DNA from: a virus
DNA: 64,000 nt
Direction: 5' to 3' (one strand)
IMG/VR virus record: IMGVR_UViG_3300009551_000003
Coordinates: 32,001 to 96,000 of that record
The stretch's first letter is position 1. The number at the start of each line of letters is the position of its first letter. A program made the translations under genes and the position numbers. Under the pieces are notes generated by a model. It worked only from the letters and a program-made list of their open reading frames with translations. It was not told the origin of the DNA and ran no database searches. Of the stretch, positions 15,780 to 25,788 are shown one piece after another.

Positions 15780-16118
15780 ATGGCGTATCAGACGAGTGGC
15801 GGCACCAAGGCTCCGGTCAAAGGTGGCATGAGCGATCAGACCTCCAGCAACATTGCGCGCGATGGCGCCGCGAAGCATCCGCAGACCAAGTTTCCGGTCA
15901 AGGGCGGCATGAAGAACATGCAAGCCTATGATGCGGCCAAGAACGTCAGCGGCTCTGGCCCGGACGCCTCCTCGCCGGACCCGCTCGCCAAGGAATCTAT
16001 CTCGAAGGGCTTCAAGGATGCGCCGGCCGCGTGGGGTATGACCGATGCCAACAACCGTGGCGTCGATCATAATCAGGGCCGCGCTGTTCTGAGTGAGGCT
16101 GCTCTCAAGAGTTGCTAA
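15780..16118 (+). CDS. small Gly/Ser/Lys-rich protein (possibly virion-associated)
   Basis: GAGGA RBS; PVKGGM repeated twice. Confidence 0.7.
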   Translation: MAYQTSGGTKAPVKGGMSDQTSSNIARDGAAKHPQTKFPVKGGMKNMQAYDAAKNVSGSGPDASSPDPLAKESISKGFKDAPAAWGMTDANNRGVDHNQGRAVLSEAALKSC

Positions 16119-16130
16119 GGATTTTCCACG

Positions 16131-16430
16131 ATGGGTACGCCACTCGAACAGGGTGATCAGTTCATCCAGTCGCGCGAGAAGGCTAAGAACGGCTATGGCC
16201 AGAACGGCTATCAGGGTCCGTCGAGCGATCTCCCGGGACAGCACACGACTTCCGGCTTCTTGCCGGCCGTGACGCTGCCGAAGACAGATGCCAACTGGCA
16301 GACTCGCAAAGTTGACTCGACGCCGATCGCGCCCGCGCACGGCATGTCTGGCCCCAAGGCCTCCAGCACGATTCCCGCCACGACACTCTCGCCCCGTCAA
16401 ACGAAAGAGCTACAAACGCGAAAGGCCTAA
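16131..16430 (+). CDS. small low-complexity protein
   Basis: NGYGQNGYQGPSS. Confidence 0.7.
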   Translation: MGTPLEQGDQFIQSREKAKNGYGQNGYQGPSSDLPGQHTTSGFLPAVTLPKTDANWQTRKVDSTPIAPAHGMSGPKASSTIPATTLSPRQTKELQTRKA

Positions 16431-16443
16431 CCAAGTGAAGATC

Positions 16444-16803
16444 ATGATCGCGCCACTTGTGGCGCTTCTGTTTCTCGTGTCCCCCGCACTTGCCAAGAAA
16501 ACAGTTATCTCTGACGAGCCTGTCAAGCCGGCGGCTGAATGCGTCTCGCCGGCATCGGTGTTGAAGTCCAGTAAGGCAGAACTCCGAGCCGATCTCAAAG
16601 GCGAGGAGTTGAAGAGGTTCAACGCCAACTACGAACGCATCGCGAAGACCACCGCTCCGGATGTCGAAGAAGTTCTCGTCTACAACTACGGTAGAGAAAT
16701 CGTGATGTTGTTGGGCTTCAGAGAGGGATGCGGCGTCGGCGTCGCACTGCTCTCGACGGAATCGTTCGACAAGTACAACTCGTCTGAAGACAATACGATC
16801 TGA
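16444..16803 (+). CDS. putative exported protein
   Basis: Signal peptide MIAPLVALLFLVSPALA; two Cys. Confidence 0.65.
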   Translation: MIAPLVALLFLVSPALAKKTVISDEPVKPAAECVSPASVLKSSKAELRADLKGEELKRFNANYERIAKTTAPDVEEVLVYNYGREIVMLLGFREGCGVGVALLSTESFDKYNSSEDNTI

Positions 16804-16952
16804 TGCCCAAAGCGAACACCTGTAAACCTTCGAGTTTACACAAGCGGCTCCAGCGTCAACTCGAAGGTATCGAGAAACACCTTGAGGCGTTTCCGAACGA
16901 CAAGCTGAGCCAAGCAAGAGCCTCGACGATTCGGTCGATCCTCTCGCGTTGA
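16803..16952 (+). CDS. 49-aa hypothetical protein (not in ORF track)
   Basis: TGATG coupling, MPKANTCK...LSR*. Confidence 0.5.
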   Translation: MPKANTCKPSSLHKRLQRQLEGIEKHLEAFPNDKLSQARASTIRSILSR

Positions 16953-17048
16953 TATAGGATACCGTATCAAGGCTGGTCCTTGATACGCGATCACGTATCA
17001 AACTGAATTATACCCGATCGCGTATGGACGCGACCACGGAGGATCGGC

Positions 17049-17900
17049 ATGGCCGACGAAGACGACCTATCCGATTTGCTCGGCGCTGAGCCGATGCCTG
17101 AGCCGCGATCAGCGGCCGAACTCCCCAACGAAGACGATATTGATCTGCTCGAACTGCTCGGGCCTCCGCCGTCGCGCATCATACAGGCGGCTTCGCGCGA
17201 GAAGGCGCTAGGCCCATCACGGTTGCTCGCGCCAACAAATGGCATGGGTTCCGGCCGCGTGCCCGGCGGTAAGTGCTCGCCCGAACGCATGCAAGGCATC
17301 CTCACATTCATGGAGTTGATGCCCATCCCCGCGAAGGCCTGCCGCTTCTCAAACATCCATCCCGCGACCCTCCAGCTATGGCTGAAGAAGAGCGAACGCG
17401 GCCAGCCCGGCGATATCTTTGACCTCGTCGTCAATCCGGATGACGGTCCGGAAGAGCGGATCACGAAACGCTTCCACGAACTTTATGATCTCGCACTCGA
17501 AACCGGGATCGACAATGTCGAAGAAGCCGCGATGAAGCGTGCGATCGGCTACGAGGAAGTTCTCACGTATCAGGGTCACGTGATGTACAAGCTCGATCCG
17601 GTCCTTATCGATCTCGGCTACAGCGGGTCAGACGCGTGGGCGAAAGATAGTCGGGGCCGGCCGATCCCCGAGACCGTGCTCAAGCAGGACCCCGACCTGA
17701 TCCAATTCATTCTGAAAAATCGTCGCGCCAAGATTTACGGCACCAAGGCGCAAGTCGATGTGAACGTGCGCGGAGGCGTGCTCGTCGTTGCGGCGAAGGC
17801 AGCGACAGGACAAGAGTTGAATGCAGAGGAGGCGCAGTATCGCGAAGCGCCGATCGAAGTGACGTTCGAAGAAGAGGACATCGGCGATGTCGGTCAGTAG
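17049..17900 (+). CDS. terS: terminase small subunit
   Basis: HTH-like segment, EEAAMKRAIGYEE..DLIQFILKNRR pattern, directly upstream of terL. Confidence 0.8.
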   Translation: MADEDDLSDLLGAEPMPEPRSAAELPNEDDIDLLELLGPPPSRIIQAASREKALGPSRLLAPTNGMGSGRVPGGKCSPERMQGILTFMELMPIPAKACRFSNIHPATLQLWLKKSERGQPGDIFDLVVNPDDGPEERITKRFHELYDLALETGIDNVEEAAMKRAIGYEEVLTYQGHVMYKLDPVLIDLGYSGSDAWAKDSRGRPIPETVLKQDPDLIQFILKNRRAKIYGTKAQVDVNVRGGVLVVAAKAATGQELNAEEAQYREAPIEVTFEEEDIGDVGQ

Positions 17901-19506
17901 CCTTCAAGTCGCCGACGTCGAATCGCCGCCATCGCGCGACTATATCGGCAAAGGCGTGATCGCGAAGAAGTACAAACTTCGTGGTGCGGACTGGGTCCCG
18001 TTCGTCGAGAACCAAGATGGCACCTTCACTGAGGCCGCATGGGCGCCGCAAGCCGGCTCCCAGTATTTCTTTTTGAAAGACCCCACGGTCGAGGTCATCT
18101 ATGAAGGAACGCGCGGCCCGGGTAAGACCGACGCGCTGATCATGGATTTCTGTCAGGACGTGGGCAAGGGCTGGGGCATTGAATGGCGCGGCGTGCTGTT
18201 CCGTCAGACGCATCCGCAACTTCGCGACGTGATCGAGAAGAGCAAGAAGTGGATCAAGCGAATCTGGCCCGACGCGTTCTTCAACGAGATCAAAACGTTT
18301 TGGGAATGGCCGACAGGCGAACGGCTGTACTTCTCGCATTTCGACACGCCGAATCAGTACAGCAACTATCACGGCCACGCCTATCCGTGGATTGGCTGGG
18401 AAGAGTTGACGACATGGGCGAGCCCCGACTGCTACAAGGTCATGTTCTCATGCTCGCGATCGACGGCCAAGGGGATGCCGCGCAAAATCCGCTCGACGAC
18501 CAACCCCTATGGCGTCGGCCATAACTGGGTCAAGACACGCTTCCGGTTGCCGATCGCGCCGGGCAAAATTCTCGGCGACGTGATCACCGACAGCATAGAC
18601 GAGAACGGCCGCAAAGAGCCGCCGCGTCGCGCGGTCCACGGCTACCTCGACGAAAACAAGATTCTGCTCTATGCCGACCCCGAATATAAGGACCGCATCC
18701 GCGCCGCCGCGCGTAACTCTTCGGAATTGGCAGCGTGGTTGGACGGCTCGTGGGACATTGTCGCGGGCGGTATGTTCGACGATATTTGGTATGAGTATCG
18801 CGATACGATCGTGATGGACCCGTTCGATCTGCCGCCGCACTGGCGCGTCTATCGGGCTTATGACCACGGCTCTTCGAAGCCGTTCTCAGTCGGCTGGTAC
18901 GCTATTAGCGATGGCACTGATCTGACCATGCGCGACGGTCGCGTGCGCGCGACGCTGCGCGGCGATCTGTTTCGCATCCATGAGTGGTACGGCTGGCGCG
19001 GGCAGCCGAACGAAGGCTGCCGCATGCTGACCAACGAAATTGCTCGCGGCATTATCGAGCGCGAAATTACTTGGGGCCTCCGCGATCCGCAGGGCAAATG
19101 GTCCCGCGTTCGGCGAGGGCCGGCCGACAGTTCGATCTTCGATCCAGAGGACAACGGCCAGCCCAGTATCTCTAGTGACTTCGAGAAGCGCGTGATGATA
19201 AACGGCACGAGCCACAAAGGGATTTTCTGGGAGCCGATCGACAAGAGCCCGGGCTCGCGAAAACAGGGCTGGGAGCAAATTCGAAAGCGGCTGAAGGCGA
19301 CCAAACGGCCGCCGGGCGGCTACCGGGAAATCCCCGGGCTGTTCGTTTCCAATGAGTGCGTGCATTGGCTCCGTTGCGTGCCCGTGCTGCCCCGTGACGA
19401 TACTGATCTCGACGACGTTGATGACGAGTCGGAAGACCATAATGGCGACGAGACGAGATACATGCTGCGCTTCGAACCACGCGGAATGTCTTCAAAGAGG
19501 GTCTAA
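17887..19506 (+). CDS. terL: terminase large subunit
   Basis: Walker A GTRGPGKT, Walker B WIGWEEL, TTNP.G, nuclease RAYDHG and EDHNGDETRY. Confidence 0.95.
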   Translation: MSVSSLQVADVESPPSRDYIGKGVIAKKYKLRGADWVPFVENQDGTFTEAAWAPQAGSQYFFLKDPTVEVIYEGTRGPGKTDALIMDFCQDVGKGWGIEWRGVLFRQTHPQLRDVIEKSKKWIKRIWPDAFFNEIKTFWEWPTGERLYFSHFDTPNQYSNYHGHAYPWIGWEELTTWASPDCYKVMFSCSRSTAKGMPRKIRSTTNPYGVGHNWVKTRFRLPIAPGKILGDVITDSIDENGRKEPPRRAVHGYLDENKILLYADPEYKDRIRAAARNSSELAAWLDGSWDIVAGGMFDDIWYEYRDTIVMDPFDLPPHWRVYRAYDHGSSKPFSVGWYAISDGTDLTMRDGRVRATLRGDLFRIHEWYGWRGQPNEGCRMLTNEIARGIIEREITWGLRDPQGKWSRVRRGPADSSIFDPEDNGQPSISSDFEKRVMINGTSHKGIFWEPIDKSPGSRKQGWEQIRKRLKATKRPPGGYREIPGLFVSNECVHWLRCVPVLPRDDTDLDDVDDESEDHNGDETRYMLRFEPRGMSSKRV

Positions 19507-19568
19507 GGTACTTGCATTTAAGTCAGAAATATGGTTAACAGCGAATCCCCCGGAAAGCGATAACTGCC

Positions 19569-21227
19569 ATGGCATTGCCAGACAAGCATCCCGAATACGT
19601 TGAGCGTGTAGGCGAGTGGCTACAGATGGCCGACACCTATGCCGGCGAGCGCGCGGTCAAAACAAAGCGCATGGACTATCTGCCGGCGACGGAAGGCATG
19701 GTGCAAGACGGCATGACAACGCCGTCGTCTCCGGGCTGGAAGGACTACGAAGCCTACCTCTTGCGCGCGGTCTATCATAACTTCGTCCGTGACGCCGTAC
19801 AGGCCATGGTCGGCATCTTGCACAACAAACCGGCCGTGATCACGTTGCCGCCGCGTCTTTCGGACATGATGACGAAGGCGACGATTCAGGGCGAAAGTCT
19901 TCAACAACTTCTGCGCCGGATCAACGTGGCGCAACTGACGTTCGCGCGCTGCGGTCTCCTCGTGGATGCGCCGACAGGCATGGATGTGAACAAGGCGCTC
20001 CCCTATATCGCGTTCTACGATCCGGTGCGGATCATCAACTGGGACGCCGGACGCGAGAACGAAGGACGGAATCAGCTTCAGCTTGTCGTGCTCGACGAGA
20101 GCGGCTACCGCCGTGAAGGCTTCACATGGAAGGAAGAGCGCAAGTTTCGTGTTCTAACGCGCGGCATCCCGGCGAGCCTTGAGAGCGGCTGGGAAACTCC
20201 GGGTCCGGATGACGAGTTCACGGTCGCCGTCAAGGTCAATGATACCAGCATGCCGACGTCGGACGACTTCAAGACGCCGTCGATCGGTGGCGTTACGCTC
20301 AAAGAGATTCCATTCGTTTTCATCGGTGCAACTGATCTTGTTCCAGAGCCGGAAGTCCCCCCACTTCTCAATCTGAGCAACCTGTCTCTCGCAATCTATC
20401 GCGCGGAGGCAGACTATCGCCAAACGCTCTATTTGCAGGGCCAGCAAACGCTTGTCCTAATCGGCACTGAAGGCGGCGGAGCCGAAGACGAAGATGCTCC
20501 GATGCGTATCGGCGCCAAAGGCATGATTCAGTTGCGTCAAGGCAGCGATGCCAAATACATCGGCGTCAACCCGGGCGGTCTTGGTGAGATGCGTCAATCG
20601 CTCACGGCCGACAAGACGGCCGCCGCGTCGGAAGGCGTTTCGTTCCTCGACGTTGGGAATGCCCGTGGCGAATCGGGAGAAGCTTTGCGCGTCCGCGTTG
20701 CGGCTCGCACCACCACAATTTCATCGATCGCTCAGGCTGCCGGCGCGGGCCTTGAACGTGCGTTGAGGTTCTGCGCGGAATGGGTCGGCGAGGACCCGAA
20801 TGATGTCAAGGTCGAGGTGCCGAAGGACTTCGCGGATCAGACGGTACAGGGCGCGGCGCTGCTCGCGTTCATGCAGGCAAAGCAATTGGGCCTGCCGTTG
20901 TCGCTGAAGTCACTGCACATGATGATGAAGGCGAACGATATGTCGGACATGACGTTCGCCGAGGAGAACGAACAGATCGAATCCGAGAGCGAAACAATGC
21001 TCGGCTCCATGGTCGGCCCATATCAATTGCCGGTGGACGACAACTTCCTCGACACCGACAACCCGCCGGAACTCGATCCGGCTGCTCAACCGGCCCAGCC
21101 GGCGCCAACCGCGCCGCCAGCCCCTGTCACTCCGCCGAACAAGAACGTCCCTGTGACACCCCACGTGCGCGGTTCGCCGACCCCGCTGAAGAAGAAAGTC
21201 GGCAAAAAAGGCGATTCAGCCAAATAA
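19569..21227 (+). CDS. portal protein (DUF4055-like)
   Basis: HPEY..YLP..YLLRAVY, IINW, IPFVF, ESGEAL motifs; follows terL. Confidence 0.9.
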   Translation: MALPDKHPEYVERVGEWLQMADTYAGERAVKTKRMDYLPATEGMVQDGMTTPSSPGWKDYEAYLLRAVYHNFVRDAVQAMVGILHNKPAVITLPPRLSDMMTKATIQGESLQQLLRRINVAQLTFARCGLLVDAPTGMDVNKALPYIAFYDPVRIINWDAGRENEGRNQLQLVVLDESGYRREGFTWKEERKFRVLTRGIPASLESGWETPGPDDEFTVAVKVNDTSMPTSDDFKTPSIGGVTLKEIPFVFIGATDLVPEPEVPPLLNLSNLSLAIYRAEADYRQTLYLQGQQTLVLIGTEGGGAEDEDAPMRIGAKGMIQLRQGSDAKYIGVNPGGLGEMRQSLTADKTAAASEGVSFLDVGNARGESGEALRVRVAARTTTISSIAQAAGAGLERALRFCAEWVGEDPNDVKVEVPKDFADQTVQGAALLAFMQAKQLGLPLSLKSLHMMMKANDMSDMTFAEENEQIESESETMLGSMVGPYQLPVDDNFLDTDNPPELDPAAQPAQPAPTAPPAPVTPPNKNVPVTPHVRGSPTPLKKKVGKKGDSAK

Positions 21228-21240
21228 GGATACCTGACCC

Positions 21241-21456
21241 ATGGCCTATATTGTGAAGAACATCTCCGGCGACGTGCTGCCGATTGACGGCGTCGATCTC
21301 GCCAAAGACGATCAGCTTCGATTTGTTTCGCTGTCAGCGGAAGTGATCGCATATCGAGACGCCAAACCGCCCAAGGTGCAAGTCAAGACAGACGAGACGA
21401 CGCTCAAAGAGCGTGAGTCTGATGTTGCCGCGTTCAAGCCGTTCACGGGCATCTGA
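21241..21456 (+). CDS. hypothetical protein
   Basis: 71 aa, AAGGA RBS. Confidence 0.6.
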   Translation: MAYIVKNISGDVLPIDGVDLAKDDQLRFVSLSAEVIAYRDAKPPKVQVKTDETTLKERESDVAAFKPFTGI

Positions 21457-21462
21457 TAGCTG

Positions 21463-23988
21463 ATGGCTTTCAATCCTTCAGAGGCACGCGACAATCAAGG
21501 TCGATGGACGCGCGGGGGAGGGGAATCTGATCTCCTCCCTCGCAACGTTATCGATCCGCGTGCCATGGAGGTTGGCGGCGACGAGTGGAACAGGCAAACT
21601 GCGCAACGGCTCGAAACTGAATACGCGGCCGTGCGTCCCGATATCGATCGGATTGCGCAAGAGGCTGTTGACCAAGAGGTGGAAGTTTCGGGAGGGTCTC
21701 CGGGCTCGTGGGATGAAGTGTCCGAAGAGGCACAAGAGGCGGCGGCCGACAAATACTACGGGCTGAACTACGACTCGAATTACGACAGCGAAGTTGAGAG
21801 TTGGCATGAGAACGGCGATGCTTTGAATGATGCCAAGCGCGATCTCGCCGACGACGGGGATTGGAAGGCTGAGTGGCTATCCGATTTTCTTTCGGGTAAC
21901 GAAGACGATGCCCATCCTATCCCGTACACGGCGGGACAGTTGCTTGATGCGATCGAGATACACGCGGATGATGACGGCGGTGATCCGATTATCGACTTCA
22001 ACAACGACTTCTTGTCGGAGCCGAGCGACCTTGACCCCAACTGGAATGCGAATCAGGCGACGCTGCCCGGGATCGATGTCAAGCCGGCAGCGGGCCATGA
22101 TCATCTGACGGAGGCTATGCGAGACGAGATCAGGAAGGCTCTTATCGAAGCCTTCAATGAAGAGGCTGAGAAGAAATCGTCTGATGTTGAGACTCCGGAG
22201 TACATCGCGGAGAGCGCGAAAGAGCAGACCCAAAACCAATGGGAGGAGATGTCCGACGAGGACAAGTATCAATGGACGAAGGACAATACCCAGCTAATCG
22301 AGGATTCCGAAGGCAACGACGATGACGTTTCACGAACGGTCGAAATGCCGGCCAAGTTCGATCCTCTAAATGAGACCTCGGGCGAGGACTATAAGCGCAC
22401 TCAGGCGCTCGCGAAATACGTCAGTGACCATCGGGCCGCGCAACTGATCACCGATCGCGTGAACGCGGGCCTTATTGGGCAGCCGAAAGGCGAGGCGAAA
22501 CTGGCATGGAATAAGGTCACATCCAAAAACGATTGGGTACTTAATGGCGTACATTATGCAACCGAACAGGAAGCAAACGCCGCTGTAAATGCACCCAAGG
22601 ACGCAGCGTGGACAGAGAGAATGCTCCAAGCGGTGCAGAGTATTGATAACCAGCTTTGGTCGGGATGGAAGGGAAGCTCGACTGGAGTTGAGGGCAGAAT
22701 CTTGCAAGTCGCGGCGGCCGACGAGCTTGGCGGGCGGTTGCGCGAGGCTACGCCAACCCGGGCCGGAGTTGATGCCACGGCGACCGCTCTCGCGGCAATG
22801 GTCTACGACGATCCGAAGTCAACTGACGCGCAGAAGGTTGACGCCAAAAAGATTATCGACGAGGCCGGCGGGCTGGAGGCGGCGCAAGCATTGGTCAAAG
22901 CTACGAAGATCATGGGTGACAAAGACGCCAGTCAGAATACGACGAACGCGGCCAAGACATTGATCAATGCTTTCTATAAAAACGCCCCTCCGGAAGTGAT
23001 CAAGGCCTACGCTATGAACCTTGACACGATAGGTGGTAAGGGCAACTTCCCGATCGCTGCTGCCGATATCATCTATAACTACGAGGTAAATGCGAACAAT
23101 GCCGCGCGAGCGGCCGACAAGAGTAAAGAGGCGCCAATTCTGAAGACCGAAACCGTGGACGGCTACATTCGATTACCGGACGTGAACATTGTGCGCAACG
23201 GCGCCGCCTCGACCACGGTCAGTCGAGACGTGGCAAATGGCTGGGGCGGCACAGTTAACAACGTGCCATCCGGTATTGATCGGCGAGAAGTGATCGACTA
23301 CGCGAATCAGGAGTTCAAGAATATCGGAGGATACGACGGCGTCAAAGCTGCTATTCGCGCCAAGTGGGAGACGACGCAATATCTGCTTGACCGTGCTGAC
23401 ATGCCCGTGGTGCAAGTCTATCGCGGGATCAATATGGAGCATAGACCCGACGTGACCACTAGTCAGAAAGGCGAGTTCAACCCGCCGACAAGTGGAATGG
23501 TGTCAGGCTATAAAGTCGGCCACGGCGACCCCTCGGATATGGGGCCTCTGAATCTGAAAGACTTCGATATTGGTGCTGTACTGAAGATCGCGTCGGGGAA
23601 GACGATCACAAAAGATAGCGCCATCGATCCGCCGGGCAATAAAGGCAGCGGCATTGGTACATGGACATACGATGAAGCCCCGACTGTTTCGCGGCGTATC
23701 GTGCTTCGTGCGGAAGTGCCTCGCACCGCTGTTATCTCGGTTCCGGCGTATGGAGTCAATGTCAAGAGCGAACAGGAAGTGGTTGTCGTTGGTACTGCAT
23801 GGCGTGATTGGGACGCATGGTCAGGGAGAGCCCCATCGTTTACCGAAGTGCCGCTGCATACGAAACGAACTGAAGACACGACTGCGGCATTCGACAAGTG
23901 GGTCTCCGATAACGCTACACAAGAAGCCGCTGAGATGGCCGGCATTGATAAGCTTGTCACCGAACTGAAACAAAAGAAAGCCGCGTGA
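21463..23988 (+). CDS. large acidic protein with NPSEARD N-terminal motif and C-terminal ADP-ribosyltransferase-like motifs
   Basis: MAFNPSEARDNQGRWT; VYRG, STT, EQEVV. Confidence 0.7.
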   Translation: MAFNPSEARDNQGRWTRGGGESDLLPRNVIDPRAMEVGGDEWNRQTAQRLETEYAAVRPDIDRIAQEAVDQEVEVSGGSPGSWDEVSEEAQEAAADKYYGLNYDSNYDSEVESWHENGDALNDAKRDLADDGDWKAEWLSDFLSGNEDDAHPIPYTAGQLLDAIEIHADDDGGDPIIDFNNDFLSEPSDLDPNWNANQATLPGIDVKPAAGHDHLTEAMRDEIRKALIEAFNEEAEKKSSDVETPEYIAESAKEQTQNQWEEMSDEDKYQWTKDNTQLIEDSEGNDDDVSRTVEMPAKFDPLNETSGEDYKRTQALAKYVSDHRAAQLITDRVNAGLIGQPKGEAKLAWNKVTSKNDWVLNGVHYATEQEANAAVNAPKDAAWTERMLQAVQSIDNQLWSGWKGSSTGVEGRILQVAAADELGGRLREATPTRAGVDATATALAAMVYDDPKSTDAQKVDAKKIIDEAGGLEAAQALVKATKIMGDKDASQNTTNAAKTLINAFYKNAPPEVIKAYAMNLDTIGGKGNFPIAAADIIYNYEVNANNAARAADKSKEAPILKTETVDGYIRLPDVNIVRNGAASTTVSRDVANGWGGTVNNVPSGIDRREVIDYANQEFKNIGGYDGVKAAIRAKWETTQYLLDRADMPVVQVYRGINMEHRPDVTTSQKGEFNPPTSGMVSGYKVGHGDPSDMGPLNLKDFDIGAVLKIASGKTITKDSAIDPPGNKGSGIGTWTYDEAPTVSRRIVLRAEVPRTAVISVPAYGVNVKSEQEVVVVGTAWRDWDAWSGRAPSFTEVPLHTKRTEDTTAAFDKWVSDNATQEAAEMAGIDKLVTELKQKKAA

Positions 23989-24467
23989 TGGATATCGATC
24001 TCAATGATCACGGCGATCCCCATTGGTTGTCAGGAAAGGGCAAAGCCAATCGCGACGCTATCCGGCGCAAGCATCGCGCGGCGCACGTGCTCACTCGCGA
24101 GCGCGTGCACAAGCCGGCATCTCCGGAGACGCGTGCCAAGCTGGAGAAGTCGCTGCTCGCCTACAACGAGCGCGTGCTGGCAAAAGCTCGGGTCAAGATC
24201 GAAACTGAAAAGCAGGCTGTCGGAAAGAGCCACAGAGATATCGTTGCGATCTTCAATGCAGCACTGGCGATCCTCGACGCATCCGAACCGATCATGCGTG
24301 AGATGATCGAGAGCGATTTGATGGACGTGGCAGGATCGAACAGCACAAAGCGCACAAGCGCGAAAAAGGCGACCGACGCGCTGATGAAGAAGATCACGGC
24401 CGTTCGCGTCAAGGCGATCAAGGACGCGTTCCGGCACCTGAGAGCGAATCTGCCCAATGACGTATAA
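23985..24467 (+). CDS. helical protein, possible N-terminal remnant of a MuF/SPP1-gp7-like minor head protein
   Basis: Position; ILDASE..IR..L..I.AVR..A pattern. Confidence 0.45.
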   Translation: MMDIDLNDHGDPHWLSGKGKANRDAIRRKHRAAHVLTRERVHKPASPETRAKLEKSLLAYNERVLAKARVKIETEKQAVGKSHRDIVAIFNAALAILDASEPIMREMIESDLMDVAGSNSTKRTSAKKATDALMKKITAVRVKAIKDAFRHLRANLPNDV

Positions 24468-25428
24468 CCCAAGCGAGGCTCGAAACAACCATGGCGAATT
24501 TGGCACCACCGACGTCGCTCTCAAAGGCCCGGCGCCTCCGCAATCGAACGTGCGACCCGTCGCAACTGCCAGACCTATTGCGCCCGCTGCTCACGCTGGG
24601 GCGGATTCGCCGGAAGCCTCCCAGCTTCAAGCCCAGAAAGTCGCTGGGGGATATCAGCCGCTAGTCGGGCTGCCGGACAAACCCATCCAAGTCGCCGGCC
24701 AGTGGTACACACCCGGGCCGATCGGCCGGCTCAAGGACGCGGCGGCGGAGTACATGAAGACGGCCGGGCTCCCTTACAACCCGCCAACCGAATACGCGAA
24801 GCTCGACAAGACCCGGGCGGCAGAGATCGCCGATGCGTTCGAGAAGGAAAAGGCCGAACCGAATGACCCGAAGGTGAAGGCCAGTTACGATGCGATGGTG
24901 AAAGAAACGCTCGCGCAGTGGGATACGATCAAGGGCACCGGCCTGAAGGTCGAATGGGTAAAGCCCGGCCAGCCTGATCCATACGCGGCTAGCCCGCGCC
25001 TTGCTGCGCTCGACGTGAGCATGAACAATCATTGGTGGGGCTTCCCCACTGATCAGGGCTTCGGATCAGGACCCGACGCCGCGAAGTACATGAAGGACAA
25101 CCCATTGCTCAAGCCGACAGGCGAAGTGATCGACGGGCGCCCCGTAGTCGCCAACGACGTCTTCCGGATCGTGCACGACATGATGGGGCATCTGAAGGAA
25201 GGCAATGGCTTCAGAGCCGAGGGCGAAGAGAATGCGTGGCGCTCTCACGCTGCGATGTATTCGGACCTCGCGCGGCCGGCCATGACAAATGAGACGCGTG
25301 GACAAAATTCGTGGGTCAACTTTGGACCCTACGGCGAAAAGAACCGGACGGCGAATGCGGCTGATACGCACTTCGCTCCACAGAAGATCGGATTGCTGCC
25401 GGAGCGATTCGTGAATGAAGGTCGATAA
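24457..25428 (+). CDS. NPSEAR-tagged protein with HDxxGH (zincin-like) domain
   Basis: MTYNPSEARNNHGEFG; FRIVHDMMGH..GEENAW..ETRGQNSW. Confidence 0.7.
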   Translation: MTYNPSEARNNHGEFGTTDVALKGPAPPQSNVRPVATARPIAPAAHAGADSPEASQLQAQKVAGGYQPLVGLPDKPIQVAGQWYTPGPIGRLKDAAAEYMKTAGLPYNPPTEYAKLDKTRAAEIADAFEKEKAEPNDPKVKASYDAMVKETLAQWDTIKGTGLKVEWVKPGQPDPYAASPRLAALDVSMNNHWWGFPTDQGFGSGPDAAKYMKDNPLLKPTGEVIDGRPVVANDVFRIVHDMMGHLKEGNGFRAEGEENAWRSHAAMYSDLARPAMTNETRGQNSWVNFGPYGEKNRTANAADTHFAPQKIGLLPERFVNEGR

Positions 25429-25772
25429 TGTCGATCGTAGAAATCCACGAACACGGTAGCGAGGGCTGGGATCGGCATCGTGCGAAGCACATGCCGAGGC
25501 ACTTGAAGGTCTATGGTCGGCCGCTTCATCACTGGGCGCGTGTGCTCGCTGGCGCCGACTTGAAACAGATCGAGGCAGCCATCAAGATTGGACTCACCTC
25601 TCAGGACGATAACACAACGATTGCTCACCGCGTCATCGGAAGCCGCCGGCTTAACGGCGTCAATGGCGCGACTGAGATCACGAGGCGACACATCCTCCAC
25701 CTAGGTAGGGGATACTTGCGTAAGAGAAAATCCCGCATGAGCGGGTCTTCATCGGATGTCCGATCGAAGTAA
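25428..25772 (+). CDS. truncated MuF/SPP1-gp7-like minor head protein segment
   Basis: PL..WA....DL..I..AI..G......IA.RVIG.......GATEITRR; lacks C-terminal Cys/His MuF core. Confidence 0.55.
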   Translation: MSIVEIHEHGSEGWDRHRAKHMPRHLKVYGRPLHHWARVLAGADLKQIEAAIKIGLTSQDDNTTIAHRVIGSRRLNGVNGATEITRRHILHLGRGYLRKRKSRMSGSSSDVRSK

Positions 25773-25788
25773 CCACCAAGAGGATGCT

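Noticed and set aside
19511-19540. CtrA box upstream of portal (and similar ATGGTTAA at ~47507, GTTAAC at ~57443)
   Set aside because: Half-sites only; spacing does not fit TTAA-N7-TTAA, and they may simply be -10 regions.
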